A stretch of DNA of 61,550 bases, the filler included, from an uncultured bacterium (GTDB taxonomy: Bacteria > Auribacterota > CAZIXI01): assembly GCA_964543115.1 (NCBI GenBank). It is 5 parts of 5 records of this genome, joined end to end, with 100 filler letters (N's around TTAATTAATTAA, not from the genome) between each part and the next. Parts side by side here need not be neighbours in the genome. Positions count along the whole stretch, not along the records: positions 1 to 12,272 come from CAZIXI010000083.1; 4 more parts are not named here. The stretch is one strand, 5' to 3'. The notes below the pieces were generated by a model, which worked only from the letters and a program-made list of their open reading frames with translations, made no database searches and was not told the origin of the DNA. Positions 1 through 11,500 of the stretch are shown here, one piece after another. The translations under genes were made by a program, and so were the position numbers. How positions within the stretch are numbered: the first letter of the stretch is position 1; each line of letters begins with the position of its first letter.

Positions 1-2480
1 CCCGCCCCATGAAACAAAGCCACCAAGCCTACCGCAGAACTAAAAAGCCTCTCTGCCACACCAATACAATTCCTGTCTCCATATATCTGCATAAACTGAT
101 TGCCGCTTAGCAGCCATATATCCTCCAAATTCGCAAGAACATGATTAAGTATTCTTAGTGTATGCTCCCGTATGGCAATATCTTTTATCTCTTCTGCTTC
201 TCCAATAAACTTTTGCGCGACATTCTGCCTAATCCTGTTTTTTTGATAATCAGATAACCGCTTTGCTCTAATATAAACATTTTTACAAACTATGCCCGCA
301 TTTTTATTGATACCGATAAAATCCACAACAAAGAAGGGATCTCTATCTGTAGGGTAAAACTTAACCCGAGGGATCCAGTTCCCCATTATACCCAACGCCT
401 CACTTGCTTTGACGCAGAAGAGATTCTCATACAAATTAAGCTCTTCTATAATCTCCGGCCCCCGCAACGGGACTAAATATTTATGGATTATTTCATAATG
501 ATAACTTCTATCTTCTTCAATGATCTTCCGCAATTCTTCAACAGACATATCTTTAAGCCGGCTTTGGTGGAAGGGACTAAGTGTACCTTTTCCCCTAAAG
601 GCCAGCACCTGTTCCGCGGAAGCAAGGACATGCGCCTCTCTTCTGGAAAGCCCCTGGCTGAGCCACAGGGCCTCACGGTCTTCGTGATAGAGGAGTTCAT
701 CTAGATAAGGGATCTCCTCCGGCGGATCACGCGTGACAATAATTAAAGGACTACTAAAATTCCCCTCCTGTTCCCTAAATTGCCAGGCCGGCACCCCCTC
801 AGGCAGATTCTCTACCTGAAATACCTTAGCCTGGACAACAACCGGCTTCTTTTTACCAGCCGCGGTATTTATCTCTATTCTATATTTTTCTAGTTTGCTC
901 CCTTTTCTTAAAATCTGTTTTCTCCACTCTCTTTCCTTATCCTTAAACTCCTCTAAAGTAGCTTCAGCCAGTAGAGGCCCTGGAGATTTTAATGCGCCAG
1001 AAGTACTTCCATCACCTTTTTCAGCTTCTGAGTTTTCTCCTACTGATACATCAAGATCATCTGGGGAATGATAAGGTTTAGCATCTACTATCCAGAATCC
1101 CCTTTTTGCATACTCTTCGTCATTTTTAGTCCAGGTACCGCATTTTTCTTTTAAAAATTGCCAGGGAAGCCTAGAGGGATCATAGAAAATTATTCTTTTT
1201 GGTAATTTTTCGTCGTACTGAATGAGTTCAATGTCTATGGAAAAGAAACTGTTTCCGCGTTTATCTGAATAAATCTTTATAGAATCTTTATTAAAATCTA
1301 TATACCCCTTAAAATCTGGATTAAAATGGCTAAATTCAGCTATTATCTCTCTATAGAGACTATCTCCCCGCAATAGTTCTTCTTCTTTTTTTGGCAATAA
1401 TGGAAATATCGCGTTAGATATATTTTTAAATCCCAGGAAGATTTTACCCGTTATATACGGCGGTAGAAATAATTTTTTAGTTTTGAAATACTTATGGAAT
1501 CCTTTGATTAGATTAATATTCAGGGGATGTACTTTTCCGCTTCTATCTGCATAGCTGTACTTTCCGTTATCTATAATGAGAAAAGCCCCATGGTTTTCAG
1601 GTTCTCCTAATACTATTATCCTTTCTCCAACTAATCTAAGCCCGCCATGCTGGTGTCCAAATACAACTCGCTTAACCCCTAATTTGTTAAGTTTCCTGGA
1701 TATACTGCGTCTATGTTCAATTGGCGGAGAATCACTGAAAAAAGGAATTAGGACATTTGCGTATTTCAGCTTTCCTGAACGCAAGTCCTCTTCTATCTTT
1801 TTTAGTGCGTTTATACCATAGCATCTTTTCCTCTTTTTTCTAAAATAAGGAATACCGGAAAAACCTGTATGTAGAAACAGTGTTCCTTCTGCTACATGAA
1901 AGACCTTCCCTTTTTTAATTATGGCCCCAGCAAGGATCCTAAGCCTTTCTTTCTGTTTTAATTCACTAAGCGCCTGTTCCCATCTGCCTGCTTCACATAA
2001 ATGTATTATTTCATTTGCATTAATGCCCTGCAATACACCCTTACCATCATAATCTCTATACCAATTCTCGAAAAATACCCCTTTACCTAGGATAACATCC
2101 AAAAATGCAATTTCATGATTACCCAACACACCAACTGCCTTACCTTTATCGATAAGTCCGCCATCCAAAAAAACCCTTTCAGCAACAGTAATCCCATCTC
2201 CAATAAGGTCCCCATTAAAGATTACCTTACTTGAAGGATACTTATTTAATACATGCTCCAGAATAGCATTATTATCGTGTATATCCGATAGCACAATAAG
2301 CTTTCTGCCGTCAACGTTTCCAGCTATAGTTTCGGTTTCAAAAAGAGATTCAGGCGCAATGTTTTTATAAAGAGCTTGCGCCTGAACCCAGGCGGCATTC
2401 TGACATACGTAAGCAATTACTATTATAAAAGCAATTAATCTTAACCATATTTTTTTTCTTTTCTTTTGCCGGGTTTCCAT
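1..2480 (-). CDS. Large exported protein with N-terminal calcineurin-like metallophosphoesterase domain; 3'-truncated, >=826 aa; not in ORF track
   Basis: Manual translation from ATG at 2480: METRQKKRKKIWLRLIAFIIVIAYVCQNAAWVQA (signal peptide-like), then the five metallophosphoesterase motifs SDIHDN, GDLIGDG, GNHE, LHTG, GHQH. The frame stays open to position 3. A later LYHEDRE...AH motif is present. Starts 26 nt after the stop of the 3214-aa ORF. Confidence 0.85.
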   Translation of the reverse strand, partial: METRQKKRKKIWLRLIAFIIVIAYVCQNAAWVQAQALYKNIAPESLFETETIAGNVDGRKLIVLSDIHDNNAILEHVLNKYPSSKVIFNGDLIGDGITVAERVFLDGGLIDKGKAVGVLGNHEIAFLDVILGKGVFFENWYRDYDGKGVLQGINANEIIHLCEAGRWEQALSELKQKERLRILAGAIIKKGKVFHVAEGTLFLHTGFSGIPYFRKKRKRCYGINALKKIEEDLRSGKLKYANVLIPFFSDSPPIEHRRSISRKLNKLGVKRVVFGHQHGGLRLVGERIIVLGEPENHGAFLIIDNGKYSYADRSGKVHPLNINLIKGFHKYFKTKKLFLPPYITGKIFLGFKNISNAIFPLLPKKEEELLRGDSLYREIIAEFSHFNPDFKGYIDFNKDSIKIYSDKRGNSFFSIDIELIQYDEKLPKRIIFYDPSRLPWQFLKEKCGTWTKNDEEYAKRGFWIVDAKPYHSPDDLDVSVGENSEAEKGDGSTSGALKSPGPLLAEATLEEFKDKEREWRKQILRKGSKLEKYRIEINTAAGKKKPVVVQAKVFQVENLPEGVPAWQFREQEGNFSSPLIIVTRDPPEEIPYLDELLYHEDREALWLSQGLSRREAHVLASAEQVLAFRGKGTLSPFHQSRLKDMSVEELRKIIEEDRSYHYEIIHKYLVPLRGPEIIEELNLYENLFCVKASEALGIMGNWIPRVKFYPTDRDPFFVVDFIGINKNAGIVCKNVYIRAKRLSDYQKNRIRQNVAQKFIGEAEEIKDIAIREHTLRILNHVLANLEDIWLLSGNQFMQIYGDRNCIGVAERLFSSAVGLVALFHGA

Positions 2481-2506
2481 ATTTTGGACTTCGTTTCTGA
2501 TCATTA

Positions 2507-5500
2507 TTAAACACACATATCAATATCGGATAAATTCTCCCCCCTTGTAACCGCCCGGGCGACAGGCAGCGCAACCGTATCTTTTTCAACAAAGCTAAAA
2601 AAGTCAGCAAAATCTTTGCCTGGATTTACCGATTCCAGCGTGAAGCTGTCTTCATCCCGGATCAGCCTTACATGGATAACCTTATCCATATCTTCTATAA
2701 TCCAGACATCCACATATCCCGCGGAAACACAATAGACGGCATTGCCAAGCCCCAAAAGAACCACCTCACTCAAATACTCATTGCGCACATTGGCCTTAAT
2801 ATAGGCCTGACAATCCTCTACCAACTCACGATCAGCGCTCCGGTAATAACACAACCCGGCCCAAACATTCCAGGGCCGGCCGTCTATACTGATTGACAGT
2901 TCACGCTGATCTCTTAGCCTCAGCAGGTTATATAACATCATTTTAAGAATAGCGGACTTTTCTCCTTCCGTCTTTTTATCGGCATTGATCACTACTAAAT
3001 CACTGAAATCTCTGATTTTGATATGCTCTATTTTTATTGTTATGAACACCGAACGCACATTGCCCGCGTCCATCTGCGCTAAATCCAGCAGCAACAAATT
3101 ATCCGTATAAACCGCCCTGTTTAAAGGATCTACCTTAACAACACCGCTCTTCCTTAGACTCGAATCGCTCAATATCAGCGCGGTTACAAAATCGGCATTT
3201 TTGTCCTTATGCCTTCTGAGGATGTTAGTTAACCTTTTAGCGCCAAATTCGGGAAATCTTCTCTGGAGAATCTTAAATCTGCCAAAAAGCAGCCGCAGAT
3301 TACTAAATTCCTCCTCCAGGGAAGAATATTCAGCGCTTAAATCCGGCCGGATCTGTGCCGGAATCATACTTCTTACTTCTGCAATTTCCCGTCCGACGGC
3401 CATAATAGTTTCTTCACTTAACTCACTTTTTTCCAACACTCTTACCTTCCCTTCCAAATACCGCAGCCGGCGGCGGCATTTGCTAAGGGCAAAACTTTTC
3501 AAATATCTTTTAAGCCCCTCCTCATTCAGATCGCCCAGAAAAACATCCACTTGCCAAGAATCTATCTCATCAGCTGACAAACCATATTCCTCCAGCAACC
3601 GGCTGTATTCTTCGCTTATAAACGCCCGCATTATTGCTATTTCCTCAACTACTTTCCGCTGAGCTTCCGTTATTTTTCCGGCCAACGCCTCAGGATAATT
3701 CGCGACTTTAACCGCAGACAAAAGAGCCTCATACCTCCTTTCCCGTTGAATCAAAACGGGGTTTTTTTCTGTCCTGGCAAACTCTTTCAACACTTCCCGC
3801 GTCCGCCCGCAAAGGTCTTCTAGCCGGTCCTGCCTTTCTTCTATAGCTGTTATTCCCTGAGCAAGCAATACGGCTGTGCCCCTCAACTTTAGAATATTCT
3901 CTTCCGCCCATAAAATCATTTCTTCCGCATCCTTAATGTTCAAGTCTGCCAGATTTGATTCGGCCAGGTCCAGATACTCCCCGGTCTCCTCTGTGATCGT
4001 TTCAGACACGCTGGCCAGTTCTCCGGCTAATAAACTTCTATTTTCTTCCACATCTTTAGCATTATCCCACTCATATGATATTTCTACACCCAGGACACTT
4101 AACTTTTTTAAAAGCGCGCTAATTTTACCTCTGACAACTTCTTCTATCTTCTTGTTTACCCACTCCTCTCTTCCTGGCGCTCCCTGATCCAGGAAGAAAT
4201 CATTCAGCAACTCTACTTCCTCTTCTTCAGAAAACACCAGCATCCTGCCATAGGCGGAACGAATTCCTGCCACACCGCTATGCACCATGCTTTTTATCCT
4301 GTCTACATCCGCCAGAAGTTTTTCATAATCCGGCTTAGCCTCATATCCCTGCCACAACTTTTCTATCGCTCCGGCAGTCAGCCCTCTTTCCCGGCATGCA
4401 CCCTCTAGTTCGCTTTTCAGCTGCTGCTTCTTTTCCCCTAGCAGTTTGCGCAACAAATCACTGCTGAAATCCTCTTCCTTAATCATTATTAGGCTATCTT
4501 TTCTCATTTCTTTTAAAGATCTTCGCGCATACTCCTCAATCTCCGCCATTGCTTCCTGTTTCAGATAGACCGGATCAAACCTGGCGTTAACACTAGCCAA
4601 GGAAAAAGTCTCAGGCTTTTTCTCAGCGCGATGAATAGAATCAAAATGGCAGATTTTGTCTAATAAACTGAGGATGCTGACAACTTCCATTTTCCCCGCT
4701 AAATTAACATAAAGCAGTAACATTTCCTTAACACCCAAGCCATAACTGAGCAGGTAATAAAGAAACTTGATTATCGTCTTCTCATCCAGTAATGGAAATA
4801 GTTGTTTGCAGAGCAACTCTTGCCTATCTTCTTGGAGATAACATAAAGCCTCGGCAAGCGAATCCAGCCCCATTTCCATGTTTTCCTTGTTAATTTTCAT
4901 AATAGCAATACAGGCTGCCAGATCAGCATGGACCAGCGCAAAGTCCCCCTTTTCTAAGTTCACACACACACTACTAGCCAACTTAAAGATATTGGATAGC
5001 GGAGCATATCTTTCCATCCTTGTGCCCGCGAAACGCTCACCAGCTTTCTCATATTCATGAATAATGAAATAAGTCCAGCCAATGAAAAAATTTGCGGCAT
5101 CAACTGTTGTCTCTTCTTGCAGCCCAAGACAATCAACATATTTTATCCAATTCTCCAAACAGTGTTGCCCTTCTACCAACAGCGGCATTCCCGTCCCTTT
5201 CATCTCCCATTCCAGTTCCGCGCCAAGTGGAACCAGGCTCCTGCCCTTAAGAAAATAAACCACCTTCGCGTACCATTGCGGCAACTTTCTTAGTTCCGCT
5301 GGATCAAACCTCAATCTATTCTGATATTCAAGACAGATTTTTTCAAAAGCATTGATATGTGTTAACGCCTCATCTTCACGAAAGTGTTTCTGCAACATGA
5401 ATATCAAAAAAGCATATCTTTTGAGCCAAAGTGTTAAATTGGTTAAATCCTTCTTCTTGCCGGCTGTGAGCATCCTCTCCTCAAATAGCCTGAACTTTCT

Positions 5501-8500
5501 GCTCAGGGCATCAACTTCCATTCCGGCTGTCGGTGAATCTTCAAGCAATAAGAGCTGTGCCGATATTGTATCCAGGGAAATCACCTCTATCTCCTCCTCA
5601 GTTAAAAAACCATAATCGAGTATCTTCCTTCTCTTGCTGCGGTTATTGATAATTCCTTTAAGGATACCAGCAAGTTTTCCCACATAATCACGGTCAATAT
5701 CCTCGTTCCGGGCCTGGACAGTCTCAATATATTCTGCCAGCCGGCATTGATTCACCATCAACCTCAAATACTCAAAGTGCGGCCTAAAAATAGAGGAAAC
5801 CGGCATCAGTGCTTTCCGCGGCCGGGTTTTGTCCCGCAAGAGTATATTTTCCCGGCCCAATAAATCCCTTTCCGTAATATAGGTCACCACCATCTCTTCC
5901 AGACAAATCCTCTCTTCCTTGTATTGCTCACCATAATTATTTATAAACCATTCCTTCATTTCTTCAAGCGCCTGATTATATTCAGGAAACATACCCAATT
6001 CGTCCTCTAGCGTAAACATTTCACCGATCTTCGACAGAAAATTCCTTTGAATTAATGAATGCGTCTCTTCATGATAACTGATATATTCAATCACATCTTC
6101 CGGGGTGAGCCTTTCCCTCTTTGTTTTCGGTAAAACATCATTAAGAAAATCCACTAATAAAGGAATTATTTCTTCTTCGATAATAATCAAGTCATCTTCA
6201 AGCCTGCCGATTCCCTGCCCTTCTATGACTGCCAGTTCATATACCGCCGGCGATATTTCACCAGCAGCCAGGGCCGCTGTCAATTTCTGCCTAAACCCCC
6301 GCCACAAATAAAGAGGCAGATGAATCAATCTACTTTTTGTCTCTCCTTCTACTAACTTTACCATTTCCAGGTGCAACCTACCCAGAACCTGTGCCCTGAT
6401 ATTACAGTTTCTGATCCTGCTAACATATCTTTTTGCCCCAGCAATATCCCCGGCTTGTAAGCATTTCTCCGTTTCCCGATACAGACCATCATCTCTTTTT
6501 TTAATAAAATCCCTCAGGGCCCTGATTCTGCCATGTAATTCCACGGGAAATTCCCGGCCCAAAAGCTGCAATATTCCCCGGCAACCTTCCAATTTATCGA
6601 GGGGATAAAACAAATAAGGAAAAACATCTTTACCTGCCGCCTCCCTTTCATAATTGGCCAGCCGCATTTCGTTGGCGCCAAGATCCATCACCTTTTTCTT
6701 GCGCTCTTCCTCTTCAGCCAATAACTCTTTCATTATCCTTAGCTGCTGTTTCCGGTCAGATTGAGCAAAATCATAAAAGTAAAATATCTGCCGCAGAAGA
6801 CAATTAAGCTCACCACTGAATTCCGTAGCTATTCCAATACTGCCGCGGGGATCAATTTTCTGCATTTGTTGATACAATTCGTTGGCGTCCTTAATTTTAC
6901 CTTTTTTCAAATATTCAAGCGCCCTTCTTAAACTCAGCTGAAATTCATAATAGGCCTCTGTCTGCCGATAACTTAATGTACGCTTACCTCCATACCGCGC
7001 CCAAGCCAACAACTTTTCCGCAAGATACAGATCCTGTTCCGGCCCTGATTTAGAAAATTGTTTTACTAATTCCAATATTCTGCCAACTTCCATTTCTGGC
7101 AATCCCAATCCGGCAATATCTTCTAACACTGACTCCCGACGCACGCTTTTCGGTTTCTCGCCACCGGGATGTATCTCATTTATCCTGAATCCAATTACCT
7201 TTTTGTCCGTCTGCCAGGCCTTCTGTACCGCCCAGACAATGGCAATTATTCTTCGTTTTGTCTTCTGCTCAAGCCACTTCAACTCGGGATTAAACTCCGG
7301 ATCAAAAAACTCCTCCATTTTCTCAACAATTTCACTTTCGTTATAATCGGTCCGGCGGCTGCTGAAAAAATTAAAATACCAGAATAAAACCGCTAAATTA
7401 AGTGTGCGGTATTTCCTCCCGCTGCTCATTAAGGCATTCTGTTCATCCGGATCCAAGGAAAGATCAGGCTGTAAATGTCCCCAAGCTTCATGCAGGGCCA
7501 AGGCATAAAACAAAGTGTGAAGAATCGAAGTGGTTACCGGTTTTGTCATTCCCGGGAACTGCACCCTGATCCGGATATTGTTCCGGCTGGCAATAACACC
7601 TAGATTGTGAATGAAATTATTATGAACATTAACTTGACCTCCCACTTCCGCCATCACCATCTCGCGGAATTCTGCCGCCGGCTGGCCGGCTAGATCAAAT
7701 CGCTGAGTATTTTTAAGTTTCAATCTCTTTACCGGCACCCTAACCGCTGTACTTAAATCAGCCTGAACTTCAGCCGCTCCTAATATTTGCGCAAATTTCT
7801 CTAAAGACGCTAATCCTTTCCCTCTAACCTCTCTCATTTTCTCAAGCAACAAATTACTATAATTTTCCGCCACTACCACTGAATTAAGATTATTAAGCAA
7901 CTGTTCATAGACATGGTTGCGAATAATATCCTGCAGCAATAAATCCGTTGAATCCTCTTTTTCAATTTTCACAAAGGCCTGCCCTATTGCCTCAACAACA
8001 GCCTGTCTGTCAATATTCTGATCCTCGATCATCTCCAATAGCTCATGCAAGAGCAATTTTTGCACCCGATAAGGATTACCAACAGCCACCGGTGAGCGCA
8101 ATTTCCCTAATCCCCGCGCACTTACCGGCGCGAACAAAGTGTCCCGGACAACCTCCCTGATCACCTCCGGCGTTAGCCGGGACGGCCCGTGCCCATAGCA
8201 GCTAAGGGCGCCACTTCTCCCTCGCCAGATATCCCTCCCCTCTTCTCTATTTAAGGCCCGCCACGCCTTAGCCAGGTCTAAACCATTAGCAAGATCAAGC
8301 AAGCGTATACGCACGTTATATCCATCTGGCACTACATAAGCATTTATGGCCACTTTCACTCGGTCATCATACTTTTCAGTTAAATAGCCAGAAAAATCAT
8401 GATTATCCATTTCCTCATTCACCACCATCATTGCGATTCCCTGCGCATCTATTTCTATTTTTTGCCGTTTAATCTTTTCCGTATCATCCGCTAATTCAGC

Positions 8501-11500
8501 TACATTAATCGAATAATCACCACTGCTAATCACAGGCATTTCTGTTATATCTTCAGTAAAGGCTAAATAAAAAAGATCAGCAAAATTGGCTAACAAATCG
8601 TCAAACGGCATAACTAGCCCATTTTCTTTATTTATGATCGCCCAGAGTATTCTGTTAAAAAGTTTGAGTTCCCTACACTTCAGCTCATCTTGCGCGTATC
8701 TGAGAGGCATGACAAAATGATCAGAATATGCTACCAGGGCAAGAAGATAATCCAGCTCCTTCTCATTCAGAGTATCCCAATTACGGATAATCCACTGAGC
8801 AATAATGTTATCCTGGTCAAGATGATTCTGCACAAAAACAGCCGTTTGCAGACGCGGCAGCAACTCTTCCCGCTCCCGCGGAGATAAGTTACTCAGATGA
8901 TTAACTACCAATGAAGTAGCTGTCTGCTCCCTCAACTCCTCATCCAGAAAGTGATGATCAAACGTATAAACCTGTGTCTGACCGATTTGCCTGATATTGA
9001 CGCTATTATCACATTCCGGACTATGGCAATCTACGGTAACAACAGTTTCTACCCCCTGTCTGGCTAATTCCGCATACACTTCTTCAAATTCCTCCGTCGG
9101 TACACAGATTGTGCTCTTCCCAATATATTTTCCCTCTAAATCCACGATCTTATCCTCAAGATAATCCTCTCTATCCGGTCCATCGGAGACCGCCGTCAAA
9201 ACGGAAACAAATATAAACGCTCCGGCAAAATACATTACAACATCCCAAACATCACTGGTAGACATTATGCCAAAAAACTCACAAACTACAGATAATGCCG
9301 CGGCCCAGAAAAACGCGGTTTGATACAAGGCTTTCTGAGGATCCAGAAACAGGTTAGCGGTCTCTGTTGAATCCGCGGGCACCTTGCCGGAAATAAAATC
9401 AGAAAAGTTATTTGCCGGTATTGTTTCCCAATTAGCGATATTCCTTATGGTTCGCAGCAAAATCGGGGTAAAAAGAACAAACAGGGGCACGGCCAGGAAA
9501 TCATTTAAATACCAGGGAATAAGTACCAGGAGCGAATCCTCTAAGGGTCGTAAAAACCAGGAAAAGGCATTACTGTTAAAATAGGCAATCAGACTCAGGC
9601 CAGAACTTATGATAGCCGGCCGATAAAATACAGATTTTTTCTTGGCTATCCCCTTCTCTCCAGCATCGAGAAACACCTTGGCAATGTAATAAAGGCTGAT
9701 ACCAATAATCACAGGAAATTCCAGGCCCATTTTGCCGCTAAAGAGAAGAACTCCTGTAACGACCACAACGGCAAACATTAGAGCGGGTAAGGCTTTTCTG
9801 TCCCAGCTGCTATCTTCATCAACTTCAAATATGCGGTATTTCTCCGGCAGCAATTCACACAAAACAATCAATACAGGCATAAAAATCAGGGTCAAAAGCA
9901 TATTCGTTGCCGTCCAAAGATTCGACCAGAATTCGAAGCCGCCATGGGTCCAGGCGGCAAAGGCAGGCTTTGGCAAACCACACATCGCCGCTAAAAAGCC
10001 GGCTGGAGCCAACATCGCCACGATATATCCGGGAATCTTCTTCCCCTCATCCTTCTCTCTATTCCCCTCAAGCCCGACCAGATAACTTTTCGCCGCTTCC
10101 TGATATTCAGTTTCTTTCTCCGCAAACCTTTTGAATATATCCTGGGCTCGCTGAATTCCCTCTTCCCGGCCATACATCCTGATAAGGGCTTCAGTAACCC
10201 CAGCAAAAACAGTTTCCGGCTCTGGATAAATTTTATAGAGGAAATACTCCGTCACTCCATCTCCATTGATCACTTCAGCATCTGTTTCCATATTAAGCAG
10301 ATGCAGCAACAATAATAAATATCTTTCTTCCCGAGCAGCATTTTCCAACCCATACCGCCTGATCAGCTCCTGCAGATACCTAATCCCTTTCCTGTCACCG
10401 CCCAAACGGCCGGCCTCTGAATCAGGATCATTCATAAAATACGGCAGGGTGATCAAATACATTGTCTTAACCTCTCCTTGTTTGTCCACATCAGCCACAA
10501 TATCACCCTTAAAATCATACATTCTGGCTATTTTCTCCCCGCCGGGCTCATCGATACCGGTAAGTTCAAATATAGTAACCGCTGTCATAATTGTTCTCTG
10601 TCTGATCTTTTCTGATACTGCAACATCCAACGCTCTCAATTGAGGGAAAGTGCACTTGTATATTACTCTTACTCCCTTATCCAGATCAGAATATATCGCG
10701 TACTCATCGGCCAGCCATTCAACAGTAAACATAGAAATTAGATTCATCCTGTCCTGATAAACACACTGGCCGTATCCTCGGTGATAGACCTCCGAGACTT
10801 CAGGCGGCAAATTTGTTCCCTCTTCCCGGTTGAACCTCTCGTAAAGATTTCTTACCAACATTAAATTCCGCGCATCATTATCCACCAGCTGGCTGCCTAA
10901 AAGGGAATTTTTGGCGCTGATAATTCCAAAACATACCTCTTCACCACTCGTCAACCGAACCTGCACCTTAAACACCGCCGATTCCGCCCCATCGCCATCT
11001 CTATGCAGCCAGATCCATTCGACTGCTGAACCAACATCTACTTTTCGCTCCAAAAACTTTTCTAAATGTTGCCCAAGAATCATGCCATTATCTCTGAACA
11101 ACATATCTAAGACAGCATCTCTGATCACAATAAGCGGCAGATCATTATATTCCCTTAAATCATAATGCCACGGCATCTCTGTTATCATTTTTGCTCCTAC
11201 TGAAACTAAAACCTCCCCCCCCCAGACATTTCCCTCAGTTCTATCTGAAGTAAAAACAACCTTTTCTAGAAGAGTCCTTCCCCCAGCCATTTCATTTTTC
11301 AATAAACTAATGCCCTCGGCCACTCCGGGTGTGCGAAGATCATTGCCCCGGCCCTTTACGGACAACAGATAATAAAGGCCGCCCCAGAAATCTTTCGGAC
11401 TCATCTTGCTTTCTAAGCTCACCCGCCCCGCAAAAAACTCTACCAGTAACATCACCTCTTCTTTTGTAAAAACATTTTCTCTGATTAAATTCTCCTGTAC

